Source: Kiloniellaceae bacterium
Lineage (GTDB): Bacteria; Pseudomonadota; Alphaproteobacteria; Kiloniellales; J153
Assembly: GCA_046758005.1 (NCBI GenBank)
Contig: JBHHZJ010000006.1
Location: 634 to 64,633 of the forward strand
Length of the DNA stretch: 64,000 nucleotides
Direction: 5' to 3'
Within the stretch, counting starts at the first letter, position 1, and each line of letters starts with the position of its first letter. A program made the position numbers and the translations under genes. Positions 1-9,406 of the stretch are shown here, one piece after another. The notes under the pieces were generated by a model. That model had not been told where the DNA came from and made no database searches. It saw only the letters and a list, made by a program, of their open reading frames with translations.

Positions 1-432
1 TTCGGCAACACGGTCGCCAATGGATCGACCACGACCAGCTTCACCTTCAAGGTCGGGACCGGCAACCAGACGTACGACGACCTGACCTTCTCGGTGAACG
101 CGGCCAGCGCCTCGGCGCTGGGGCTGAGCAACACCGGCATCAGCACCGCGGCCCTCGCCGGGACGGCCTCGACCGCGGTGTCTGCCGCGATCGATACGCT
201 GAACCAGACCCGGTCGGACATCGGTGCGGCGCAGAACCGGCTCACGTTCGCCTCGAGGAATCTGTCGACGGCGATCGAGAACGCGGAGGCCGCCCGGAGC
301 ACGCTCCTCGACCTGGACGTCGCTCAGGAAATCTCCACTTTCACGAGCAAGCAGATCCTGGTTCAGACCGGCGTGTCGATGTTGGCCCAGGCCAACCAGT
401 TGCCGCAGAACCTGCTACGTCTGTTCCAGTAA
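1..432 (+). CDS. fliC: Flagellin, C-terminal part (5' truncated by the window)
   Basis: Frame 1 is open from base 1. C-terminal flagellin signature RSDIGAAQNRL...LDLDVAQE...QILVQTGVSMLAQANQLPQNLLRL. Confidence 0.95.
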   Translation, partial: FGNTVANGSTTTSFTFKVGTGNQTYDDLTFSVNAASASALGLSNTGISTAALAGTASTAVSAAIDTLNQTRSDIGAAQNRLTFASRNLSTAIENAEAARSTLLDLDVAQEISTFTSKQILVQTGVSMLAQANQLPQNLLRLFQ

Positions 433-443
433 GGAACCGGGAC

Positions 444-471
444 GGAGAGAGGGGGGGCCCCCCCTTTCTCC
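444..471 (+). terminator. Strong hairpin between flagellin and flaG (terminator or mRNA stabiliser)
   Basis: GGAGAGAGGGGGGG/CCCCCCCTTTCTCC inverted repeat 12 nt after the stop codon; no clear U-tract. Confidence 0.5.
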
Positions 472-507
472 CCTCCCCGACGTTAGCGAGGGACAGTGGA
501 GGGTAAG

Positions 508-852
508 ATGGAAATCCGGCCAGTCATATTACCGGCTGCCGTGCCATCGGCCCCGAAGGACCAAACAGCACGGTTGCCGGGCGAGGCGAATCCCGCCACG
601 CCGCCCCCCAAAGCGGCACGGCCCGACGTTCAGACCAGCGTGCCGGACGAACCGGTCAAGGCGCGGGAAGGCCCGCGGATCGTCAAGGTCCGCGCGGAGC
701 TGCGGTTCGACGAGAGCATCAATCGCGTCGTGGGCCGCATGATCAACGAGGAGACCGGTGAGGAGGTCCGCGAAATCCCGCCGGCGGAACTTCGACGAAT
801 CTACGCGGCCATTCGCGAGATGCTCGGCTCACAGCTCGACGAGACGGCGTAA
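508..852 (+). CDS. flaG: Flagellar protein FlaG
   Basis: ELRFDESINRVVGRMINEETGEEVREIPP motif; lies between flagellin and fliD; GGAGGG before ATG 508. Confidence 0.85.
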   Translation: MEIRPVILPAAVPSAPKDQTARLPGEANPATPPPKAARPDVQTSVPDEPVKAREGPRIVKVRAELRFDESINRVVGRMINEETGEEVREIPPAELRRIYAAIREMLGSQLDETA

Positions 853-3800
853 TGGAGCTCTTCAACCTCAACAACGTGACCGTCGACGCCAGCGGCAAGG
901 TGACGTTCTCCGGCCTGAGCTCGGGGATCGACTTCAACAAGGTGACCGACGACATCATCGCCGCCAAGCGGATTCCCATAGATTCGATCGAAGCCCAGAT
1001 CACAGAGAACACCGACAAGATCACCGCCCTCGAGGATCTGCGCGGCTTGCTCACCGCGCTGAGGGACTCGCTCGACGACCTGCGCGGCAAGGTCAGCGTC
1101 GGAAACGCGGGCAACATATTCGCCGCCAAACAGGTCTTCGCGAGCACGAGCCGCACCGACGGGCTTGTTCCCAGCGCCGCCGCCAACCTTCTCGGCGCAA
1201 GCGCGACCAACGCGGCCGCGAACGACAGCCACACCATCGAGGTCCTGCGCGTGGCCGCGGCGCACAAGGTCGCCTCGACGACGTTTACGAGCAAGACGAC
1301 CGCCCTCGCCCTGTCGGGTAACTTCGAGGTGACCGGCAGCAAGGCATCGGCGACGATCGCGGTCACCGCCACCGACACGCTGCAGGACATCCGCGACCGG
1401 ATCAACAACGCCAACACCGGCACGACCGCGACCGGGATGACCGCGAGCATCGTCCAGGCCGCGACCAGTCAGTTCATCCTCGTGCTCACGTCCGACGACA
1501 CCGGCCAGAGCATGCGGATCACCGACACGGGGACCGTGCTTTCCGGCCTCGGCATCTCGTCAACCAACGGCGCCGGCGGCTTCCGCAACGGGGTCGGCGC
1601 CGCCAGCAAGATCGACGCCACCAACGACGGGTTCAAGCACATCCTGTTCGACGGCACCCAAGGGGATAAGGCGTTCCTGATCAGTTACGATCAAGCCACC
1701 AAGGTCATGACGCTCACGCGCGGGGACGGGCAGACCGACACCGCGACGTTGTCCTCCACGGCGATCGCCACCGGCAAGACCGAGACGGCGACCTTCAGCA
1801 AGTTCGGGGCCACGATCGTCCTGGACGAGAACTTCAGCAAGACGACCGACATCCTGGTGGATGCCGATACGGCCAGCGTCACCGGCGGCACCGGCGCGAT
1901 CGACGCCAACACGATCAAGATCACCGGCAGCACCGGCAACGTCTCGGGCATCGCCTCGACGACGCTCACCTTCGGCAACCTGGCCACGCCGAACGCCATT
2001 TCGGTATCGGTCGGCGGCTTCTCCGGAACCTTCGACGGCACGTCCACCGGCACCAAGACGGTGACGCTGAGCGACGGCAGCGGCAACGTGCTGACGATCC
2101 AGTTCAACGTGGGCGGAGTCTTCGACGGCACCGAGACCGCGGCCTCGATCGATTTGCAGGAACTCGAGAACCTCGTCGTCTCGAACGGCACCCAGTTCAC
2201 CAACGAGCTTCAGGCCAGCCAGACCGCCCGGTTCACGGCCGACGGCCTGCTCGACCAGGACCGCTTCGAATCCCGGTTCGTCACCAACAGCAGCTCCACG
2301 CTCAGCAGCCTGGCGCCCCAGGCGGGCAGCCCGGGCAGCTTCGACATCAAGGTCGGCAGCGGCACGGTCACGGTCAACTACACCGGCACCGACACGCTCG
2401 CCCAACTGGTCACCGCGATCAACAGCGCGATCACCACCGCCGGCGCCGGCAACGCCGTGTTCGACGCCGGCACCTCCGCCTCGCTGATGACCGATGGTGG
2501 TGGGGTCCGCCTGGTCATCACCAATACGAGCGGCGCGGCGATCTCCCTGACCGACACCAACAACCTGCTGGCCGGGCTGGGGGTCGACAACAACCTGGTG
2601 ATCGAGCGCACGAGCAACACGGTGAGCGACCTGTTCGACGGCATTACGCTGACCCTGTTCCAGGCCGAGGAAGGCACGCAGGTCAAGCTCGACGTCGAGC
2701 GGGACCTGGCCGCCGCGAAAACCGCCATCCAGAACCTCGTCACCACGTACAACGAGTTGAAGAAATCCCTCAACCAGCACTCGAAGGTCGATTCGTCGAC
2801 CGGCACGATCACCGAGGACACCGGCGTACTCTTCGGCACGCCCACCCTGCTCGGGATCACCTCGCGGGTGTCCTCGGTCTTTTCGCAGGAGACGCAGGGC
2901 GTCGACACCGCCTTCGCCGCGCTGTCGCAGATCGGCGTCAAGTTCGTCGACAACAACTCCATCTCCGACCCGTTGCTCGCCAACACGCTGGAGATCGACG
3001 AGACGGCTCTGGACGCGGCGCTGCTCAACAACCCGGACGACGTGCGCCGGCTGTTTACGTTCGACTTCTCCTCGTCCGACCCGCGGGTCTCCCTGCTCAG
3101 TTTCACCGGCAAGACGGCCTTCAACGCCTCCGGCTACACGCTCAACATCGACTTCGACGACCGCTTCCACAGCCAGGCCTTCACCGCGGGCGGTTCGTTC
3201 ACGCTGGTCGACGCACAGGACGGTGGCCCGGCTTCGGACGGCATCAGCGCGATCACCTTCGGCGACGCCGTGGTGTCCGGCAACGCCTATCGCTACAGCT
3301 ACACCAGCGCCACAGAGCAGTTGTCGCTCACCAACGTGACCACGGGGCTGACCGAGACCGTCGATATCACCAGCACGCTCGACGCCATCGGCAACGGCGG
3401 CGACCTGGACGCGGGCGAGACCGCGACGATCACCTTCTCGGCCCACAACGCCACCATCACGCTGTCCGGCGACAAGGGCTTCACGCGCGCGACCAACATC
3501 TCGAACGGGGCGCTGGACACGACGGACCTGGCCGCCAACGGCCTGACCATGACGGGCGGCGCCGTGACGACGCCGGTCAGCGGCCTGAACAAGGCCACGG
3601 TGGATGCGCTGCGCGCGGCCGGCGCATTCAGCACCACGACCGGGTTGCTGACGCTCAACGTCGATAGCACGGGCGTGGGCAACGCCACCTTCGATGCGGC
3701 GGCCGGGATCAAGTTCGCCGTGGACGGCGGGGTCATCGGCGCGGGGCCGACGGTCAACGTCGGGGACGGCGCGGCCCACACCATCGACATTTACGTGAAC

Positions 3801-4646
3801 GACGGAACCTCCGACATCAAGGTGGCGACCCACACATTCACGTCCTTGACCTCCGCCGGCGCGGGCACCGGCAACCTGACCATCGACCTGGGCACAGGGC
3901 TGGTCGGCGAGACCTCGACCGTCGCCTCCGACAAGGCGCCGATGGAGAACTTCCTGACCCTCAGCAACGGCTCGTTCGAGATCCGCGACGCATCGAGCAC
4001 GCTGCTGGGGACGGTCAGCTACAACAAGACCGACAGCCTGACCGACCTGGCCAACAACATCACGGCAAACGTCACGGACGTTTCCGCCAGCGTGATCAAC
4101 GCGAGCGGGACGTTCAAGCTGGAGATCGTCCACAAGGACCGCGACGTGCTTACCTTCACCAACGACAGCGACGGGCTGCTCTCCCAGCTCAGCCTCGCCA
4201 ACGGGGGCGACGCCGTGTTCACGGCGAACATCGACGGCGCGGCCAACGGCGGTGACAACCTGAGCACGACGGTGAGCGCACGGTCCATGACCGCGACCAG
4301 CCTGACCGGCGCGGAGGGCCTGAAGGTCTTCTACAGCGGCATCGGCGATTTGAGCGGCGTGAAGCTCAATTTCACCGTGGGCTTCGGCGCGCGCTTGTTT
4401 TTCGAGATCGACGAGTTGCTCACGGCCGAGACCGGGCTGATCGACTCGAACGTCGAAACGCTCAAGGAGCAGAACAAGCTGAGCCAGAGCCGCGTCGACG
4501 ACATGCTCGCGCGGCTCGAGCAGACCCGCGAGCTCCTCGTACAGCGCTTTATCAACGCGGAGACCGCGCTGGCGCAGGCGAAAAATCTTCAGGAGAATCT
4601 GCGTCTCGCGTTCGACGCCTTGTTCGCCAATCAGAACAAGCGATAA
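852..4646 (+). CDS. fliD: Flagellar filament cap protein FliD, unusually long (1264 aa)
   Basis: N-terminal SGLSSGIDFNKVTDDII; SNTVSDLFDGITLTL; LSQIGV; C-terminal helical RFINAETALAQ; three flagellin-IN-like motifs (TDTLQDIRDRINNA and others). Confidence 0.93.
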   Translation: MELFNLNNVTVDASGKVTFSGLSSGIDFNKVTDDIIAAKRIPIDSIEAQITENTDKITALEDLRGLLTALRDSLDDLRGKVSVGNAGNIFAAKQVFASTSRTDGLVPSAAANLLGASATNAAANDSHTIEVLRVAAAHKVASTTFTSKTTALALSGNFEVTGSKASATIAVTATDTLQDIRDRINNANTGTTATGMTASIVQAATSQFILVLTSDDTGQSMRITDTGTVLSGLGISSTNGAGGFRNGVGAASKIDATNDGFKHILFDGTQGDKAFLISYDQATKVMTLTRGDGQTDTATLSSTAIATGKTETATFSKFGATIVLDENFSKTTDILVDADTASVTGGTGAIDANTIKITGSTGNVSGIASTTLTFGNLATPNAISVSVGGFSGTFDGTSTGTKTVTLSDGSGNVLTIQFNVGGVFDGTETAASIDLQELENLVVSNGTQFTNELQASQTARFTADGLLDQDRFESRFVTNSSSTLSSLAPQAGSPGSFDIKVGSGTVTVNYTGTDTLAQLVTAINSAITTAGAGNAVFDAGTSASLMTDGGGVRLVITNTSGAAISLTDTNNLLAGLGVDNNLVIERTSNTVSDLFDGITLTLFQAEEGTQVKLDVERDLAAAKTAIQNLVTTYNELKKSLNQHSKVDSSTGTITEDTGVLFGTPTLLGITSRVSSVFSQETQGVDTAFAALSQIGVKFVDNNSISDPLLANTLEIDETALDAALLNNPDDVRRLFTFDFSSSDPRVSLLSFTGKTAFNASGYTLNIDFDDRFHSQAFTAGGSFTLVDAQDGGPASDGISAITFGDAVVSGNAYRYSYTSATEQLSLTNVTTGLTETVDITSTLDAIGNGGDLDAGETATITFSAHNATITLSGDKGFTRATNISNGALDTTDLAANGLTMTGGAVTTPVSGLNKATVDALRAAGAFSTTTGLLTLNVDSTGVGNATFDAAAGIKFAVDGGVIGAGPTVNVGDGAAHTIDIYVNDGTSDIKVATHTFTSLTSAGAGTGNLTIDLGTGLVGETSTVASDKAPMENFLTLSNGSFEIRDASSTLLGTVSYNKTDSLTDLANNITANVTDVSASVINASGTFKLEIVHKDRDVLTFTNDSDGLLSQLSLANGGDAVFTANIDGAANGGDNLSTTVSARSMTATSLTGAEGLKVFYSGIGDLSGVKLNFTVGFGARLFFEIDELLTAETGLIDSNVETLKEQNKLSQSRVDDMLARLEQTRELLVQRFINAETALAQAKNLQENLRLAFDALFANQNKR

Positions 4647-4687
4647 CCGAATCCAGGATTTCCGTACCCGCCAGGAGGGCCCAGGGC

Positions 4688-5116
4688 ATGGACGTTTCCC
4701 AGAAGTACCTGATGCAACAGATCATGGCGGCCTCACCGGCCAAGCGCGTGGCCATGCTCTACGAGCGCGCGATCGGTCTGCTCAAGGAAGCCGTGGCGGC
4801 CATAGAGGCGGGCGACATCGAGCGGCGCTGGAGGGCGAACAGCAAGGCGTCGGAGGTGATCTGCCACCTCTGGGAAACGCTCGACATGGAGCGCGGCGGC
4901 GAGATCGCGGCGGACCTTGGCCGCCTCTACGAGTTCATTGTCCGGCGCCTGACCGCGGTCGATGTGGCCAACGATCCGCAGGCGGCGCGGGAGGTGATCC
5001 GGCTGCTCGACCCCCTGCGGCGGTCCTGGCACGAGCTTGCCGAGGCCGCCGCCGCGCAAGACGGCTCCTCCGGATCGGACCAGCCCGTGCCCACCCAAAT
5101 TACGCTTTCGGCCTGA
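4688..5116 (+). CDS. fliS: Flagellin export chaperone FliS (paralog 1)
   Basis: ASPAKRVAMLYERAI...LDMERGGEIAADLGRLYEF...LRRSW. Confidence 0.9.
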   Translation: MDVSQKYLMQQIMAASPAKRVAMLYERAIGLLKEAVAAIEAGDIERRWRANSKASEVICHLWETLDMERGGEIAADLGRLYEFIVRRLTAVDVANDPQAAREVIRLLDPLRRSWHELAEAAAAQDGSSGSDQPVPTQITLSA

Positions 5117-5289
5117 GCCGTGCCGAACGGGCCGTCATGGACTTCCTCGACGCCGACAAACGGGTCAGGCCGTTCATCAATCCGCATCGGCTGGTCGCGA
5201 CCGAGGCGCAGTTCAAGTTACTGATCAGGAACAACAAACCCTAATCCGCAAGACCGACCCCGAGATCGGCGGCTGCAAAACGGAGGACA

Positions 5290-5811
5290 GTGCGGGTGAA
5301 CCGGCAGCTTCAGACATATGGAACCCAGCAGGTGATGACCAGCGATCCGGTTACGCTCGTCGCCTTGCTCTACGACAAGGCCGTCCTATCGTTGAAGGCC
5401 GCGGTCAAGGCCATTCGCGACAACCAGATCGAGAACCGCTGGCGCGCCAACAACAGGGCGGTGGAGATCATCAAGCACCTGCTCATGACGCTCGACATGG
5501 AAAAGGGCGGCGAGATCGCCAGCAACCTGGAGGCGATTTACGCCTACATCCTTCGCCGCCTCGTCGATGTGGACGTGAACAATGACTCCCGGGCGGCGGA
5601 AGAGGCCATCGCCCTGCTCGAGCCGCTGCGCGCGTCGTGGACGGAGCTGGCCCGGGCCACCGGGAACGTCGCGGTCGACGATCCCAAGCTCCGCACCCTG
5701 GCCGCCGCGGCGCCCGCGGACGGCGAGGCCGCCGGTCCGGGCGCGCCCGACGCCCGGATCGGCGCAGACCCCTCGCCCGCCGCCGTCGGAACCGTCTGTC
5801 TCTCGGCCTGA
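5290..5811 (+). CDS. fliS: Flagellin export chaperone FliS (paralog 2)
   Basis: YGTQQVMTSDPVTLVALLYDKA...LDMEKGGEIASNLEAIYAY...LRASW; GGAGGA RBS before GTG. Confidence 0.92.
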   Translation: MRVNRQLQTYGTQQVMTSDPVTLVALLYDKAVLSLKAAVKAIRDNQIENRWRANNRAVEIIKHLLMTLDMEKGGEIASNLEAIYAYILRRLVDVDVNNDSRAAEEAIALLEPLRASWTELARATGNVAVDDPKLRTLAAAAPADGEAAGPGAPDARIGADPSPAAVGTVCLSA

Positions 5812-5952
5812 GCAGCACCGTATAAAGCGTCTCGGGGCATGGGCCGCCGTTGGCCCGGCCCCGTTCTGCGCGCCGGCAGGCCCGGCCGCGGCCGCGCGGG
5901 CGGCACCCGCTCGGGCCCCTTGGCCGGGGTGCGGCAAAAAGGGTCGGGCCGG

Positions 5953-5969
5953 CGGGCACGATTTGCCGG
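5953..5969. promoter_or_regulatory. Putative FlbD-binding ftr enhancer
   Basis: CGGGCACGATTTGCCGG (GGCA-N5-TGCC dyad) about 110 bp upstream of a sigma54 promoter. Confidence 0.5.
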
Positions 5970-6048
5970 CCAACGGCAGCAATATCTTCCCCCAAGGCTC
6001 CGAATGCGGCCGGCACCAAACCGGGCTCGGCAGATACATTTAGCTTAA

Positions 6049-6061
6049 AAACAAGTACTTA
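6049..6061 (+). promoter_or_regulatory. Putative IHF site
   Basis: AAACAAGTACTTA is one mismatch from WATCAANNNNTTR; AT-rich context between the ftr-like site and the sigma54 promoter. Confidence 0.5.
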
Positions 6062-6078
6062 AGGAACATTTGCCGGTT

Positions 6079-6094
6079 TGGCACGGTGGTTGCT
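6079..6094 (+). promoter_or_regulatory. Sigma54 -24/-12 promoter for fliS3-fliK-flgD-flgE
   Basis: TGGCAC-GGTGG-TTGCT, an exact consensus match. Confidence 0.85.
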
Positions 6095-6194
6095 CCTACG
6101 CTATTGCCGGGAATGCCCGGGCGAACCCGCGCTGCGCCGCCCGGACCCGAGCGGTCCCGCGCGGCGGGTGCGAACAGGAGGAACAGGACGACCG

Positions 6195-6593
6195 ATGGCT
6201 TTGGCAGCGTCCCAGGAACAGCACGACGAGACGGCGGCGGCGCGCCCCGAACGCGCCGGATTGGCGGGCTACGACGCCGCGGTCCGCGCGCTCGAGGACG
6301 CGGCCGCGGCGATCGCAGAGGACGACATCGAGGCGCGCTGTCATGCGGTTCAAGCCGCCACCGAGGCCGTCACGACAATGTACCTGGACCTCGACATCCG
6401 ACGCTGCGGCGAGCTCGTGCAGAGCCTGAGCACGCTCTACCACGTGATCCTCGGCCGGCTGCTGCGCATCAACCTGGATAACGATCCGGCGACGGCGCGC
6501 GAGGCCATCGAACTGCTCGAACCTTTTCGCGCCGTCTGGGCGGCCGGCGGGGACCCGCTGGCCCCGCCGCAACGCGCGGCCGGTCCGCAATAA
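6195..6593 (+). CDS. fliS: Divergent FliS-like protein (paralog 3)
   Basis: YDAAVRALEDAAAAIAEDDIEAR...LDLDIRRCGELVQSLSTLY...LLEPFRAVW resembles the other two FliS; ATG 6195 follows AGGA. Confidence 0.75.
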   Translation: MALAASQEQHDETAAARPERAGLAGYDAAVRALEDAAAAIAEDDIEARCHAVQAATEAVTTMYLDLDIRRCGELVQSLSTLYHVILGRLLRINLDNDPATAREAIELLEPFRAVWAAGGDPLAPPQRAAGPQ

Positions 6594-6618
6594 ACCCGCA
6601 CACAGGACGGCAACCAGG

Positions 6619-8631
6619 ATGGAAGCCCACGCGATCACGCCAGCCAAGGCCAGCCCACCGCCCGCTAGGCCGGAACCGCGAAGCGGACTCGGCGACCTGT
6701 TCCACGTCTTGTTGCGGGCGAGCGCGCGGCGGCTCGCGGTCGAGGCCGCGCCGGCCTTGCACGCGGCGGACGGCGTAGCGCGCGCCCCGCGCGCCGAGCC
6801 CCGTCGCGAACCGGCGAGCGCGCCGACATCTTCCGATCCGGACCGGCGCGCGGACGAACCGGAGGCGCAGGCCGCCGCCGGTTTGAAACCCACGGCGGAC
6901 CCGGAACCGCGGGAACCGGAGAAGGAGCGCGCGGAGCCGGAGGAGATGGCGGGTCGATCGGACGCACCGCCCCGGATCGCCGACCCGGACAACGCCGAAC
7001 CCGCCCGCCTTGCGGCCGACAACGAGGTCGCGCCAGGCGCACCCCCAGGCGCACCATTGGACCCCGCGGGCGCGCCCGGGGAACCCGTCGGGGCCGCGGC
7101 GCCCGCTCCGGCACCGAACTTCGCCGCCGAGACCCCCGCCGGAGCGGCGCGCGCGGCCGGCACGGATGGCCACCTTGTCCCGGCGGCAACGCGCCTGGCC
7201 GCACAGGCCCAAGCCGCCGCCGCGTCGGCGCCGGAGGTCCCGGCGGGTCCGGCCGGTGCGGCGCTCCGCGTCGAGTTCACACCGGCCACGCTTGTGGCCC
7301 CGCCCAACGCCGCGCTGGGCGGCGGTGCCGCGCTCGCGGTATTGGCGGCGAACGCCGCGCAACGCGCGGCGGCGCAGGACGGCCAAACCGGCCCGAACCG
7401 ACCGGCATCGCGCGCCAACGCGGCCATGGTTGCGCCCGGGACGGCGCCGGCATCCGCGCCCTCCGTGGCCTCGGCCGCCGGCAATCCGGGACAGACCGCC
7501 GGCCAATCGCGCGCCGGGGCACCGGGCGCGCCCACGCCCAATCCGAACGCCGCGGCGGCAGGGACTCACGCCGGCCGGGGTGCGAAACTCGTCGGCGCAA
7601 CCCCACCTACGGCGCCCGCCGCGACGCCGGGCGGGCCGGCGCAAGGCGACGCCACGGCCGCGACCGACCACGCTTTGCAGGCCCCCATCAACGCGCAGGC
7701 GCCGTTCGCCGAGTCCCGCAATTCCCGGGCCCGCAACGCGGACGCATTGAGCGCGCCGAGCGCAAGCACCGCGATGCCGGAGGCCCGCAACCGAAACGCG
7801 CTCGCCCAGAACGCGGCGGCGCCGGGCGACGGCGCGCGGGCCGAGGCGGGGCCCGATGCGCGAATCCAGGAGCTACCGGGTCCGCAGGGCGGGCCGCACG
7901 GACGGTCGCAGGCCGCGCCGGCGTCCGCGCACGCGCCGGACGGGCAGGCGCGGAGCGCGGCGAGCCAGGGCGGACACACGGCCGACTCATCGGCACCGTC
8001 CGTCGCTTCCCCACCGGGGGCGACGCCCGGGCAGCCGGCCGCGGCCATGGCGACCGCCATGCCGCTCGATCCGATCACCCCGGCCCGCCACGCCGATCCC
8101 GCAGGGCCCCAGACCGCCAGCCTGCCGGACGCTGCGGCGGGCGGCCCGGCCCAGGCGGCCGGGCGCGCGGCGGCCACGCTGCCCGCGCACGCGCGCCCGG
8201 GCGCGGCGCTGTCGGTCCCCGTGGATCAGGTCGCCGTGCATATCCAGCGCGCCGCCGCCCGCGGTGAGGACCGCATCCGCATCCGCCTGCATCCGGCCGA
8301 ACTCGGCCAGATCGACGTCAAGCTCAAGGTCGGTTCCGACGGCATCGTCAAGGCGGTCGTCTCGGTCGATCGGGCGGATACCCTCGATCTGCTGCAACGC
8401 GACGCGCGGGGGCTCGAGCGCGCGTTGCAAGACGCCGGCCTGAAGACCGATTCGGGAAGCCTCAGCTTCAACCTGCGCGGCGGCGGTCAGGGCGGCCTCG
8501 ACGCCCGGCACGAGGCGCCGGCCCACGCGCCTTCGAGCGCGGAGCGCGCCGACCGGCCGGAAGCGCCTGCCGAGACCGGACCGCAACCGACGCCCTTCGT
8601 GTCCGAGCGCGCCTTGGACATTCACGTTTAG
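6619..8631 (+). CDS. fliK: Flagellar hook-length control protein FliK
   Basis: Long Pro/Ala-rich region, then IRIRLHPAELGQIDVKL...DTLDLLQRDARGLERALQDAGL...LSFNL; upstream of flgD. Confidence 0.92.
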   Translation: MEAHAITPAKASPPPARPEPRSGLGDLFHVLLRASARRLAVEAAPALHAADGVARAPRAEPRREPASAPTSSDPDRRADEPEAQAAAGLKPTADPEPREPEKERAEPEEMAGRSDAPPRIADPDNAEPARLAADNEVAPGAPPGAPLDPAGAPGEPVGAAAPAPAPNFAAETPAGAARAAGTDGHLVPAATRLAAQAQAAAASAPEVPAGPAGAALRVEFTPATLVAPPNAALGGGAALAVLAANAAQRAAAQDGQTGPNRPASRANAAMVAPGTAPASAPSVASAAGNPGQTAGQSRAGAPGAPTPNPNAAAAGTHAGRGAKLVGATPPTAPAATPGGPAQGDATAATDHALQAPINAQAPFAESRNSRARNADALSAPSASTAMPEARNRNALAQNAAAPGDGARAEAGPDARIQELPGPQGGPHGRSQAAPASAHAPDGQARSAASQGGHTADSSAPSVASPPGATPGQPAAAMATAMPLDPITPARHADPAGPQTASLPDAAAGGPAQAAGRAAATLPAHARPGAALSVPVDQVAVHIQRAAARGEDRIRIRLHPAELGQIDVKLKVGSDGIVKAVVSVDRADTLDLLQRDARGLERALQDAGLKTDSGSLSFNLRGGGQGGLDARHEAPAHAPSSAERADRPEAPAETGPQPTPFVSERALDIHV

Positions 8632-8655
8632 CCGACCGGCAAGGAGTCGTCCGCC

Positions 8656-9324
8656 ATGGAAATCAACGGCGTGGCCTTCAAGGAACCGACCACCGGCGGG
8701 TCCAACGCCGGGCAGTCGCTCGCCGGCACGTTCGACACGTTCCTCACGCTGCTGACGGCCCAGCTGCAGAACCAGGACCCGCTCGATCCGCTCGACAGCA
8801 ATCAGTTCACCGAGCAGCTCGTGCAGTTCGCCGGGGTCGAGCAGTCGATCACCACCAACAAAAAGCTGGACCAGCTGGTCCAACTCCAGACGAGCAACCA
8901 GTTGAACGGCGCAGTCTCCTACATCGGCCGCACGGTCGAGGTGGTCAGCGACCAGCTCCTGCTCGACGACGGGGCCGCCACGATCAGCTACGGCCTGGAC
9001 GGCAACGCCGCGCAGACGATCGTCAACATCGTCGACGAGACCGGGCGCATGGTCCGCACCGTCAACGGCGAGACCGCGGCCGGGCGCCACGAGTTCAAAT
9101 GGGACGGCCGGGGGTCGAACGGCGCCCAGCTTCCCGACGGCGTCTACAACTTCACCGTGACGGCCGTGGATTCGAACGACAAGACCATCGACGCGGTGAC
9201 CGCGTCCATCGGCCGCGTGACCGGGGTCGAGATAGTGGACGGCGTCGTGACGCTCAACATCGGCGCGCTGGGGGTGCCGTTCGATTCGATCTTCGCCGTC
9301 CGCGAGGACCAACCGCAGACTTAA
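8656..9324 (+). CDS. flgD: Hook capping protein FlgD
   Basis: FLTLLTAQLQNQDPLDPLD...FKWDG...LPDGVYNF. Confidence 0.96.
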   Translation: MEINGVAFKEPTTGGSNAGQSLAGTFDTFLTLLTAQLQNQDPLDPLDSNQFTEQLVQFAGVEQSITTNKKLDQLVQLQTSNQLNGAVSYIGRTVEVVSDQLLLDDGAATISYGLDGNAAQTIVNIVDETGRMVRTVNGETAAGRHEFKWDGRGSNGAQLPDGVYNFTVTAVDSNDKTIDAVTASIGRVTGVEIVDGVVTLNIGALGVPFDSIFAVREDQPQT

Positions 9325-9406
9325 ATTCGGCACCGACGATCGATCACATGACGGACCATCGCAGCCGGGGCAGGACGCCCCCGCCAGGTAAGGAGGAGAT
9401 TTCAGG

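Noticed and set aside
1560-4133. Long antisense or alternate-frame ORFs (e.g. 1560-4133, 12702-15917, 18816-22067, 34014-37187, 40271-43561, 49267-52317)
   Set aside because: They overlap well-supported genes, have no recognisable motifs, and are expected shadows of high-GC codon bias.
6619-8200. Very GC-rich low-complexity DNA as a repeat array
   Set aside because: It is the Pro/Ala linker of FliK; there is no discrete repeat unit.
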